DNA of 64,000 nt from an uncultured Gemmatimonadaceae bacterium (GTDB lineage: Bacteria > Gemmatimonadota > Gemmatimonadetes > Gemmatimonadales > Gemmatimonadaceae). The stretch spans positions 736,001 to 800,000 of the forward strand of contig CAVUDW010000003.1 of assembly GCA_963740355.1 (NCBI GenBank), written 5' to 3'. Within the stretch, counting starts at the first letter, position 1; each line of letters opens with the position of its first letter. Both the position numbers and the translations under genes were made by a program. A model generated the notes under the pieces. It searched no databases. It was not told where the DNA came from and worked only from the letters and a program-made list of their open reading frames with translations. This document shows, piece by piece, positions 27,985 to 39,385 of this stretch.

Positions 27985-29745
27985 GTGACCCTGAAGCTGG
28001 CGCTCTGGATCTCCGGAATACTCGGCGGCATCGCCCTCGCCGCACCGCAGCTGGTGGTGGTGGGCCTGTTCCTGATCGTGCCCGGCTTCGTACTGATGCT
28101 GGCGCCGACCGTGTTCATCTACCTGGCGACATTCGCAGTGACCCGGCTGCTGCTTCCGATGGCGCCAGGACCCGGAGTGAACATGGCAGCTGCTGCGCTC
28201 ACTGCCATTCTCGGGTGGGCGGTCGTTCAACCCGCTGCGCTCGCCGGGAAGGCGGCCTTCGCTCGTGCCGACCTGCCTGACGTGATTCCAGACGCGCCGG
28301 TTCCATTGCGTGGCAACATTCATCTCGAGACCGGCGACGTCACGGTCACGCGCACGAAACCGGCGACGATCGAGTGTACGGCTCTCTGCGCGGCGCTGCT
28401 TGACACGCCCGGCGTCGAAAGCGTCACGATATCCAGCAGCAAGCGTGACGTTCAGGTTGCGCCGATCACATTTCGATTGGTGCAAAAGGCTTCGACGACG
28501 CAAGCCACGCTGTCACCCGTCAAGCCGGAAGCGATTCTCGCGCTACTGCCCAAAGTTTCCGCACCGGCGCCGCCAAGGAACTTCAAGGCCGAACATGCTC
28601 TGCGTGAGGAACGCTCTGCCGCGGTTGCGGCGGCTTGGGCAGTCCGCCTTGCAACACGCGAATCGTTGATCGCCGACGCAGCCGCACCTCCTGCTGACAT
28701 GACCATTCGTGTCACGAAGGATCGCAGCACGAGATCCGCGCCGACGATCTCGCGTGTCGAGATCCTCGACCAGGGGCTGAAGCCGTTGTTCCGCCGATCG
28801 GTCGTCGCCATGCGTGTGCTCGCGGCGCCCCTGCACTTCAGCGGCCAAGGCGGCCTCGAGACCTTCCGGATGACGCTTGGCCATCGCACGTTGCGGCGCG
28901 GCGCGGACTACCCGGAGATGGTGGCTGGCACGGAACTCTTCAGCCACAGCTCGCTCGCCAGGCCTACGACGGATTCGTCGTTGCGCTCCGACATGCTGCG
29001 CCTCCTTGACATGGCGCTCGCTGATCCGCGGCGCGATGCCACAGATCCTGCATTCGGCCTGGCGAGCATCTGGTTTTCATCCACTTCATGGCGAGACTCA
29101 TTACCCGCGCAGGAGGTCGCGTTGCTGGCTCGTGCCATCGCAGACCCGCGCGTGCCGATTACACGGAGCCTCTATGATGGCTACGCAAAAAAGGTCGCGC
29201 CCGCACTGCGCGCCGCCCTCGGCGCTCGCATCGTGCATCCGGAGTCGCCGGAGCAGGCGCGCACACAGCTCGCGACGCTGCTGAGCAACATGCCGGCCGG
29301 AACCTTCGCCACGCTGAGCGCCGACGAGCGGACGATGATCGGCAATGGCGCACTGCGCCGGCAGTCGTACCCGATGGTGACGCGACTGGCTGACCGCGGC
29401 GCCGCAGCCGTTCCGGACCTGCTTGCCATCCTCGAAAGCGACGCGGAGATTCAGCCCTGGAGCAACAAGATGTCAATCCTTCGCGCGCTGCAAAAGGCAT
29501 TCTTGATACTCGGGCCGAAGGCAGGCAGCGCACTACCGGTCGTGCAGCGGCTGGTGCTGCAGCAGCGCTCCCCGATTCTCAATAGTTCAGGCGATCGCGA
29601 CGATTGGTATCTGGCGCTTGTGCGTATGGGCGCGTCGATTGACGACCTCGACTTCTCAAAAACCTCACCTGAGATGGCGGCGCGCGACCGTGAGCAGCTC
29701 CTGAAGCGGGTGGCGAAGTACAATGCGGAGAACGACCAGCTCTAG
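27985..29745 (+). CDS. Hypothetical membrane-anchored protein with helical-repeat-like C-terminus
   Basis: 586-aa ORF, 3 N-terminal TM segments, AAVPDLL / ALPVVQRL HEAT-like segments. Confidence 0.7.
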   Translation: MTLKLALWISGILGGIALAAPQLVVVGLFLIVPGFVLMLAPTVFIYLATFAVTRLLLPMAPGPGVNMAAAALTAILGWAVVQPAALAGKAAFARADLPDVIPDAPVPLRGNIHLETGDVTVTRTKPATIECTALCAALLDTPGVESVTISSSKRDVQVAPITFRLVQKASTTQATLSPVKPEAILALLPKVSAPAPPRNFKAEHALREERSAAVAAAWAVRLATRESLIADAAAPPADMTIRVTKDRSTRSAPTISRVEILDQGLKPLFRRSVVAMRVLAAPLHFSGQGGLETFRMTLGHRTLRRGADYPEMVAGTELFSHSSLARPTTDSSLRSDMLRLLDMALADPRRDATDPAFGLASIWFSSTSWRDSLPAQEVALLARAIADPRVPITRSLYDGYAKKVAPALRAALGARIVHPESPEQARTQLATLLSNMPAGTFATLSADERTMIGNGALRRQSYPMVTRLADRGAAAVPDLLAILESDAEIQPWSNKMSILRALQKAFLILGPKAGSALPVVQRLVLQQRSPILNSSGDRDDWYLALVRMGASIDDLDFSKTSPEMAARDREQLLKRVAKYNAENDQL

Positions 29746-29815
29746 ACGCGGGTGAATGCCGAACCGACGCCGCACGCATTGACTCGAATGATCCAGCGTC
29801 GCGCCGTTCCCACAA

Positions 29816-32269
29816 TCACCGCGGCGGCGAGAACGCAACCTCGTAACGGCGACCGGCTTCGACGGCGAATTCGATCGTGTCTGCCCCACGTTGTGCGACC
29901 CGCACGCGCCGCCCATTGGTGCTGACCGTCGCACTCCCGTTCACCGCAATACGGCAGACACGTGTGAGGTGCGCGTGCACCGTCGCTCGCGTGACCCGCG
30001 CATTCGCCCACGCCACGTCAACATCGAAGCCTCCCCGTGCGCGCAGTCCGCTGACACTGCCGTCCTTCCATTCCGCGGGAAGTGCCGGAAGCAGGCGTAT
30101 GACATCCTGATGCGACTGCAGCAGCATTTCCGCGATCGCCGCGGTGGCACCGAGGCTGCCGTCCACCTGCAGCGCCCGCCCGCAGAGCGAGAACAGGTTC
30201 GGCAACGATGACCTGGTGAGCATCGCACGCAACTGCTCGAGCGACTTCTCGCCGTCGTAGAGCCGCGCGCGCAAACCCATCTTCCACGCATACGACCATC
30301 CACAGCCGCCGGTGCCGCGCCGATCGAGCGTTACGGCGGCCGCCGCTGCCAGCGCAGGCGTGCGCTCCGGCGTGATTTCGCTTCCGGGATACAGTCCCCA
30401 CAACGGTGACAGGTGCCGATGCTGCGGCTCGAGATCGTCCCAGTCCTCCAGCCACTCCTGCAACTGGCCATGCTTGCCAACCTGATTCGGCGCCAACCGT
30501 GCGCGCGCCGCGGTCACTTCTCCGGCCAGCGCGCTATCGGCGTGCAACAACGCTGACGCCTCCGCGAATGCACCGAAGACATCACGAATGATGTGAGTGT
30601 CCATGGTCGGTCCCGCCGCCATCGTGTAGGCACTGAGCGAGATGCCGCTCACTTCGTCGAAAAACTCGCCGTTGCCTGGCCACGCCGGATAGTTCTCGGG
30701 TGAGTTGGACGGTGCCGTCACCAGCCAGCCCTTGCCCGGATATGGAACCAGCACATCGATCAGGAAACGCGACTGGTCGCGCAACATGGGGTAGATGCGC
30801 CTCAGATAGGCCGTGTCACCGCCGAATCGAAAGTGTTCGTACAGATTCGTCATCAGCCATGCACCGCCCACCGGCCACGCTCCCCAGGATGGGCCGTCCA
30901 TCGGCGCAGTGGCGCGCCACAGATCGGTGTTCTGGTGCACGACCCAGCCCCTCGCCCCCCAATGCTCCCGCGCGGCCTCAACGCCGGTCGTGGCCACATC
31001 GCGCACCAGAGCCTCCAACGGCGCGACCATCTCGCCGAGATTCGACGTCTCGGCGGGCCAATAGTTCATGGGGAGGTTGATGTTGATCGTGTACTTCGCG
31101 TCCCACCATGGATTCGAGTTGTCGTTCCAGATGCCCTGCAGGTTGGCGGCCTCGGTGCCCGGCCGCGAGCTGGCAATCAGCAGGTAGCGGCCAAACTGAT
31201 AGGTCAGTGCGGCAAGATCCGGATCAGGTGACGTGGCGTAGCGCTTGATCCGCTCATCGGTCGGCATGGACAGGACATCGGCACTGCTCCCAGCGAGCGC
31301 CAGCTGTACTCGCCCGAACCAGCGCTGATGTTCAGCGACGTGATCGCGCAGCATGGTGCTGTAAGACTTCGCCGCAAGGCGATCGAGCACAGACCGGACG
31401 CGTTCCGCCGGGTTGCCACTGACATCCTTGTAGTTGACGAAACTCGTCGCTGCCGCCAGCACGATCGTGACGGCGTCGGCATTCCTGACCGACAAGGTGC
31501 GGTAGTCCACCGAGACGTCGCCGTTCGAGCCCTCTGTGCGCGCCTGCAATCGAGCTTCATAGGTGAGACGGCCTGGAATCCCGAGATAGTCCGAGTTCTT
31601 GCCGGTGAGGCGCAATCCGTTCGGCGCCACGCCATCCATCTGGAAATAATCCGTGCCATAGTTGGAGTGCGCCGGATTGCGCACGCCGTGCAATGCGGCC
31701 GTGAACGTCAGCGCCCCAGGCTTGCTGGCCGAGAGGTGTATCACGATCGCCTGGTCTGGCGCGCTCACGATCACTTCGCGGGTGAACGTCACGCCGCCGA
31801 CCACATAGCTGACGCGCGAGAGCGCGGAGTCGAGCACCAGTTCACGCCGATAATTTGTGACGCTGTCGTGCCCGGGGAACGACATCAGCAAGTCACCCAG
31901 CGGCTGGTACTTCATCTGTTCGTATGGCACGCCCATCATCGTGCGCCCGAACAGGTCATGCGCCTTCGGGACGTCGCCCGCGAACAGCAGTCTACGAATG
32001 TCCGGCAGCGCCTTGCTCGCACCCTTCACGACCGGATCGTACGGCCCGCCAGTCCACAACGTCTCTTCGTTGAGCTGGATGTGCTCCTCGCGTGTGCCAC
32101 CGAAGACCATCGCGCCGAGCCGACCGTTACCGAGCGGCAATGCGCGATTCCATTCGGCGGCTGGCTGGCGGAACCAGACGGTGGGTGAGCCAGACTGCGC
32201 GTGCGCGGACCGCGGAGTCGCGAGCATGAGGAGCACCAGTACCACGAGAAGTTCGTTCAGTCGCTTCAT
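29816..32269 (-). CDS. GH95 alpha-L-fucosidase-like glycoside hydrolase
   Basis: ALPLGNGRLGAMVFG, NLQGIWN, YTININL.MNYW, LQEW.ED, HRHLS. Confidence 0.93.
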   Translation of the reverse strand: MKRLNELLVVLVLLMLATPRSAHAQSGSPTVWFRQPAAEWNRALPLGNGRLGAMVFGGTREEHIQLNEETLWTGGPYDPVVKGASKALPDIRRLLFAGDVPKAHDLFGRTMMGVPYEQMKYQPLGDLLMSFPGHDSVTNYRRELVLDSALSRVSYVVGGVTFTREVIVSAPDQAIVIHLSASKPGALTFTAALHGVRNPAHSNYGTDYFQMDGVAPNGLRLTGKNSDYLGIPGRLTYEARLQARTEGSNGDVSVDYRTLSVRNADAVTIVLAAATSFVNYKDVSGNPAERVRSVLDRLAAKSYSTMLRDHVAEHQRWFGRVQLALAGSSADVLSMPTDERIKRYATSPDPDLAALTYQFGRYLLIASSRPGTEAANLQGIWNDNSNPWWDAKYTININLPMNYWPAETSNLGEMVAPLEALVRDVATTGVEAAREHWGARGWVVHQNTDLWRATAPMDGPSWGAWPVGGAWLMTNLYEHFRFGGDTAYLRRIYPMLRDQSRFLIDVLVPYPGKGWLVTAPSNSPENYPAWPGNGEFFDEVSGISLSAYTMAAGPTMDTHIIRDVFGAFAEASALLHADSALAGEVTAARARLAPNQVGKHGQLQEWLEDWDDLEPQHRHLSPLWGLYPGSEITPERTPALAAAAAVTLDRRGTGGCGWSYAWKMGLRARLYDGEKSLEQLRAMLTRSSLPNLFSLCGRALQVDGSLGATAAIAEMLLQSHQDVIRLLPALPAEWKDGSVSGLRARGGFDVDVAWANARVTRATVHAHLTRVCRIAVNGSATVSTNGRRVRVAQRGADTIEFAVEAGRRYEVAFSPPR

Positions 32270-32554
32270 ACGATTGGTGTGGTGCCTCAACTGATTGGTC
32301 TCAGGGAATCGCAACGCACAGCACAGGCGTCTCCGGCCGATGCACCTCACCCGCGGCGCCGCTGACCGCACGAGACGAACGTAAGACGTGCAGCACAGCT
32401 CGCCATCGCGAGCACAGGCTGTGCGCCTGATCAGATAGTGGATCGGTTGAGGCTGACAAGCCGACGAACACACCAAGTGTTGCCGGAGTCAATCGCAGGC
32501 TGCCAGCTTGCTGTCGCTGCCGGGTTCCCATGTCGCCTGCTTCAGGAGCACGAG

Positions 32555-33541
32555 ATGTCACTTCGCGTCAGCGTGTCGCTTGCCTGCACGCTCGCCTTCG
32601 CCCTGCCACTCTCCGCACAGGTTCGTCAGGTCGCCGACCTCAACACGCGGCAGATCCGCGAGCTCGATCGTGCGCGTACGGTGGTAGTCCTGCAGGGCGG
32701 CATGCTCGAGGAGCATGGGCCGTACCTGCCGGCCTTCACTGACGGCATCCTCAGCGCACGGCTGACCGACGAACTGGCCGCCGGGATAGCTCGCAGTCGG
32801 CCGGGATGGACAGTGCTCGTCTTTCCACCCGTCTCAGTGGGCGCCAGCGGCTCGAACGAGATTGGACGGCAGTACTCCTTTCCTGGCACCTACGCCGTGA
32901 GGCCGTCGACGCTCCGCGCGGCCTTCGTCGATCTGGCGAGCGAAGTCGGCGAACAGGGATTCCGATGGGTGTTCCTGGTGCATGTGCACGGATCACCACT
33001 GCACATCGGCGCACTGGATGACGCGGCAGACTTTTTTCACGACACGTACGGCGGCACGATGGTCAACCTCTGGGGACTGCTTCCAGTGCTCGGTGGATGG
33101 GGCGGCGCCATGGCGGGCATGTCGCCCGCAGAAAAGGCCGCCGACGGTTTGTCACTGCACGCCGGCATGGACGAACACAGCTTGATGCTGTACTTGCGCC
33201 CGGAACTCGTCGCGCGTGACTATCGCAGCGCAACGTCGGTTGCGGGTGTCAACTACGACTCCGCGTTTGCGGTCGCGCGCCGGCCAGGCTGGCCCGGCTA
33301 CCTCGGCGCACCGCAGCTTTCCACAGCCGCACTCGGCAAGACAATCTGGACCGCGTTTTCCGCCGCCACCGTGAAGACCGCGCTCGAAGTGCTCGACGGG
33401 AAGGATCCGCAGACCTACCCGCGATATCTCACCTACCTCAAGAAGTTGCCACTGTATCGCGAATGGATCGACTCGAGTACGACACGTGACTCGATTGCCG
33501 GCGCCAAACTTGGCAGCTGGCTCTCACGCCGACCGCGGTAG
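32555..33541 (+). CDS. Creatininase family protein with signal peptide
   Basis: EEHGPYLP..TD, HVHG, HAGMDE metal motifs; AGGAG RBS. Confidence 0.85.
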   Translation: MSLRVSVSLACTLAFALPLSAQVRQVADLNTRQIRELDRARTVVVLQGGMLEEHGPYLPAFTDGILSARLTDELAAGIARSRPGWTVLVFPPVSVGASGSNEIGRQYSFPGTYAVRPSTLRAAFVDLASEVGEQGFRWVFLVHVHGSPLHIGALDDAADFFHDTYGGTMVNLWGLLPVLGGWGGAMAGMSPAEKAADGLSLHAGMDEHSLMLYLRPELVARDYRSATSVAGVNYDSAFAVARRPGWPGYLGAPQLSTAALGKTIWTAFSAATVKTALEVLDGKDPQTYPRYLTYLKKLPLYREWIDSSTTRDSIAGAKLGSWLSRRPR

Positions 33542-33660
33542 GCGCATTACGCGACGCAACCGTCGCCGACCGATCGTTGACGGACCACTACTCGCAACTC
33601 AGCTTGAACCGACAGCCGCTGCCGCCATTCCGCCCGCCAACTGCCCCTGAGAGAGCATCC

Positions 33661-34299
33661 ATGCCCGCCGAAACCGACTTCATCAACAACCCGGTCGCCT
33701 TCATGCAGGAGAACATCCTGCGACCGGTGATCCACGGCTTCAAGGACTCGATCCAGAACTTCAAGTTCGAGAAGGACGAAGACATGATCGTCCGGAAGGG
33801 GAAGTTCCATTGGTACAACAAGAAGCTGAGCTTCTACAAAGTCGTGCGCGACGACGCTGGACCGATCCGCGCGTACGTTCTCGGCTTCAAGGAAAACGAG
33901 GCGGTGGGCTCGATCCTTGGCGTCGCGGCCGGCGATCCCCGTTTCATGTTCACCTACCGGATGGATGGCTGCAGCCTCGGATTTGCGCAGGCTTCACCGG
34001 CGGCGGCGGCGTATGTCTCGCATCACAATGACAAGACCGGCGGGAATGTCCCAGCCACCATTGCCGGTCAGGCCGTGAACTTTGCCGATGGCGCGGCGCC
34101 AGCACTCAACTTCGCGCACAAAGCCTCATACCAGACGGACTCGAAGGGAGATCTCAACGCCTTCTACAAGTCCACGACCGTCGGTGTCCGCGACGCGACC
34201 AACGTGTGGCGCTTCTACCTCCAGCAACGGAAATACCACGGGATGAACACGCCGGACAAGAACCTGAGCTTGAAGGATGTGATCCTGATCAATCCCTAG
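33661..34299 (+). CDS. Putative CNF1-like deamidase domain protein, no signal peptide
   Basis: FMFTYRMDGCSLG...YVSHHN resembles the (L/M)xGC...H dyad of the CNF1/BLF1/CheD-YfiH fold. Confidence 0.6.
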   Translation: MPAETDFINNPVAFMQENILRPVIHGFKDSIQNFKFEKDEDMIVRKGKFHWYNKKLSFYKVVRDDAGPIRAYVLGFKENEAVGSILGVAAGDPRFMFTYRMDGCSLGFAQASPAAAAYVSHHNDKTGGNVPATIAGQAVNFADGAAPALNFAHKASYQTDSKGDLNAFYKSTTVGVRDATNVWRFYLQQRKYHGMNTPDKNLSLKDVILINP

Positions 34300-34328
34300 G
34301 GCGCCTGCGGTGATGAATCGTGATGCAA

Positions 34329-34366
34329 CGAAGGGGCGTTTCGGAATTTCCCGAAACGCCCCTTCG
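34329..34366. terminator. Hairpin between convergent genes (probable terminator)
   Basis: Perfect 16-bp stem CGAAGGGGCGTTTCGG / CCGAAACGCCCCTTCG, 6-nt loop. Confidence 0.7.
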
Positions 34367-34392
34367 CCCAAACACCAACGATGCTGCGACGA

Positions 34393-36756
<2,364 letters not shown>

Positions 36757-36793
36757 TCAGGTGAATGCTATACAATCCATAGTTATCACCTAT
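36757..36793. promoter_or_regulatory. OxyR-type binding site
   Basis: TCAG-N7-CTAT-N7-ATAG-N7-CTAT versus consensus ATAG-N7-CTAT-N7-ATAG-N7-CTAT. Confidence 0.75.
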
Positions 36794-36800
36794 TGCTGAA

Positions 36801-37688
36801 ATGGACACGACTCTTCTCCGCACGTTCGTCGAAACGGCAGATGCCGGCAGCCTCAGTCGCGCGGCACGACAACTGGCGCTCTCGCAGCCGTCGCTGACGG
36901 CGCAGATCCAGCGGCTCGAGCGGCACATGGGCGCGCCGCTGTTCGATCGGCATGGGCGGGGGGTGACCATGACGGACGCCGGCCGAGCGCTGTACCCGCG
37001 GGCGCGTCGCATTCTGGAGGATGTTCGAAGCACGGAGGACGCCGTGCGTCGCGAGGGAGCGGATGGCGCTGGCACGCTGAGCGTCGGGGCGATTCCGACG
37101 GTCGCGCCCTATGTGCTTCCAGCGGCCGTCCAGCGACTGCGCAGTCGGCATACCGCCATGCGCGTCGAAATCCGCGAGGACTACAGTGCCGTGCTTGCGA
37201 GGCTCTTGCTGGATGGTGCGCTCGACGTCGTGATCGCTGCACTGCCCTACGTGTTCGATCATCTCGACACGGAGCCGCTGGGCGAGGACAAGCTGATCGT
37301 CGCCGTCCCCGCGCAGCATACTGCGGCTCGTGCCGGGCGCATCACACTGGCGCAGCTGCATGACGCACCAGCGGTCACGCTCGATCCAGCGCACTGTCTC
37401 GGCGAACAGGTGGCGGGATTCTGCTCGAGTCGCGAGATCTCGCCGTCGGTCGTGTGCCGCAGCGCACAGCTGGCGACCGTCTTCGAACTGGTTGGCGCCG
37501 GCGTCGGCATCTCCATCGTGCCGGCGATGGCCGCGGCCCGGCACAACACACCGCAGTGTGCATACGTGCCACTGGTGGATCACACACTGCATCGGCAGAT
37601 CGTTGCCGTGTGGCGCCAGGGCGCCGCGAAGTCACCGCAGGCGCGAGCGTTCGTGGATTGCGTGCGTGAGGTCGTGCGCGGTCACTGA
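36801..37688 (+). CDS. oxyR: LysR family H2O2 sensor, OxyR-like
   Basis: LysR HTH; GAIPTVAPY; HCLGEQVAGFC with two Cys 9 apart like OxyR C199/C208; divergent from katG. Confidence 0.8.
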   Translation: MDTTLLRTFVETADAGSLSRAARQLALSQPSLTAQIQRLERHMGAPLFDRHGRGVTMTDAGRALYPRARRILEDVRSTEDAVRREGADGAGTLSVGAIPTVAPYVLPAAVQRLRSRHTAMRVEIREDYSAVLARLLLDGALDVVIAALPYVFDHLDTEPLGEDKLIVAVPAQHTAARAGRITLAQLHDAPAVTLDPAHCLGEQVAGFCSSREISPSVVCRSAQLATVFELVGAGVGISIVPAMAAARHNTPQCAYVPLVDHTLHRQIVAVWRQGAAKSPQARAFVDCVREVVRGH

Positions 37689-37704
37689 ATCGCGCGATGA
37701 CGCC

Positions 37705-38151
37705 TCAGGGAACCGACTTCTGCACCTGCAACTGCTGGAACACACCAAGCCGATCCACGACTTGCCAGTGTCCGCTCAGTCGATCGTCCGTCACACTGTA
37801 CACCGTTGCGCCAGACATCGTCACGCGCTGGCCTGTTGCAGGAAAACCCGGCAGATCCCCGCGATGTGTTGCGGCCCAATTCCAGGTCGTCACGATGGCA
37901 TCGCCATCTTCGACGAGGCGCAGGATCTGGAATTGCTGGTCAGGGAACGGCGCACGCGAAATTCGCAGGCGATCCTGGAATGCCGCGACGTCGAGCGTCT
38001 GCCCCTCCCACGGATCGCCCGGATCGTGAAAGATGGTATACGCCGACGCCAGATACCGCTGACAGGCAGCGGCGTCGCCCGCATTCCACACGTCGCGGAA
38101 GAAGTCGACGAGCAGTTGTTTCCGGGGCGAATCGATCGTCAACGCGGTCAT
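37705..38151 (-). CDS. SnoaL-like ester cyclase family protein
   Basis: VWNAGD, PFPD, THRGDL.GFPATG, DRLGVFQQL. Confidence 0.88.
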   Translation of the reverse strand: MTALTIDSPRKQLLVDFFRDVWNAGDAAACQRYLASAYTIFHDPGDPWEGQTLDVAAFQDRLRISRAPFPDQQFQILRLVEDGDAIVTTWNWAATHRGDLPGFPATGQRVTMSGATVYSVTDDRLSGHWQVVDRLGVFQQLQVQKSVP

Positions 38152-38792
38152 GGATTGCTCGGGCTGGGATTCGCGTCGGGAAACGCGAGGCGCGCGGCAA
38201 AGACGCGGATGTCGTCTGGCCAGGTGCTGATGCTGGCGGAAAAGTGCGCTTCGTCACGACGATAAAGGGCGCGCGTCGCTTCCTCGAAATCGGGCAGGTC
38301 GCCCGCGATCGCATGCATGAAGTGATACGCGGCATCGCGCGAGGCCTGCGCGCGATCCTCGGCCGCGTGCGTCTTGCGCGCCTCTTCCACGAGGCGACGC
38401 AACGCGACCGAGGCACCACCAGGTTGCGTCGCCAGCCATGCCCAGTGTCGCGGCAGCAGCGTGACTTCGCGCGCGACGACACCGAGCCTCGGCCGCCCAC
38501 GCGCCCGCGGTGCGCCGTCGACCTTCTGCGGCGCGTCGGCCTGCGCTGCGTCAGCCGCATGCCGGCGAACGATCGCGTCGACATGAGCCAACATGTCGCT
38601 CTCGTCGCCCCGCATCTCGAGATCGATGACGCGTCCAGTTTCGTTGTCGAAGATCAGCACTGTCTCGTGTTGGGGTGCCGAGGTCTTGATCACACGCCAG
38701 ACGCGCTGCGCAACATCACGGAGCGCGCCCGTCGCCAGTTGCCGTTGCCCGAGGAATGCGGTGCACCGCATGTGGTGTGGTTCGCCGGTCAT
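38148..38792 (-). CDS. DUF2239 family protein
   Basis: GRPRLGVVAREVTLLPRHWAWLATQPGGASVALRRLVE, AGDLPDFEEATRAL. Confidence 0.92.
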   Translation of the reverse strand: MTGEPHHMRCTAFLGQRQLATGALRDVAQRVWRVIKTSAPQHETVLIFDNETGRVIDLEMRGDESDMLAHVDAIVRRHAADAAQADAPQKVDGAPRARGRPRLGVVAREVTLLPRHWAWLATQPGGASVALRRLVEEARKTHAAEDRAQASRDAAYHFMHAIAGDLPDFEEATRALYRRDEAHFSASISTWPDDIRVFAARLAFPDANPSPSNP

Positions 38793-39154
38793 GCTCGCTC
38801 CAGCGTGGGCGCAGCGTAGTTGCCTGCCCCATTCGGTTGCATCCGCTCCCGCCACATCGATTCCAGCGCCTTGAGGTCGGCCGTCGGATCGAACGACGGC
38901 GAGTCTTCCGGCCATTCCAGTGTGTCGAGCACTTCGAACGCAAACGCCTCAGGGCCCAGCGTCGTCCAGTCCTGCTGCAGCCGACGGTTTGCGTGCCCGC
39001 CGAAACGGAGCGACGACTGTTCGCGGTTGAGAATTGCGTTCACATCGAGTGAACGGCCGATGAGCGTCTCGCCCGACTGGAGGTTCCGCACGCAGTACAC
39101 GCCCATGGGGCGGCGCGAATCCTTGTAGGCGCGTGCAACAGCTTTGCGGTCCAT
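38789..39154 (-). CDS. GIY-YIG nuclease family protein (small)
   Basis: MGVYCVRN...IGRS, H.N..LQ.DW...G...F.FEVL; ATGA coupling to DUF2239. Confidence 0.8.
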   Translation of the reverse strand: MDRKAVARAYKDSRRPMGVYCVRNLQSGETLIGRSLDVNAILNREQSSLRFGGHANRRLQQDWTTLGPEAFAFEVLDTLEWPEDSPSFDPTADLKALESMWRERMQPNGAGNYAAPTLERA

Positions 39155-39184
39155 GCGTCGTCCAGGCTGGGTGGTGAAGCCTGT

Positions 39185-39225
39185 ATTTTATCCGGATATT
39201 AATGCCGTGTCAATATACCCGGGTA
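39185..39225 (-). promoter_or_regulatory. Sigma70 promoter flanked by two palindromic operators
   Basis: TTGACA (39213-39208)-17 bp-TAAAAT (39190-39185); palindromes TATCCGGATA 39189-39198 and TACCCGGGTA 39216-39225. Confidence 0.8.
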
Positions 39226-39385
39226 AATACCTGCGCCAATCGGCGTGGCGGTCCAACGACGAAACCACGACTGACGACCTCGGCGCTCGCCAAACGCTCG
39301 GGCGTGACGCAGCTTGCCTCTCTTCGCCATCGGCAACGCGCGCCGGTGACCACCATGACACGCTCGCCCGCCAGGTGATCAGGTA

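Noticed and set aside
38789..39154. Homing endonuclease / mobile intron
   Set aside because: Only 121 aa, translationally coupled in an operon, no interrupted host gene or intron structure
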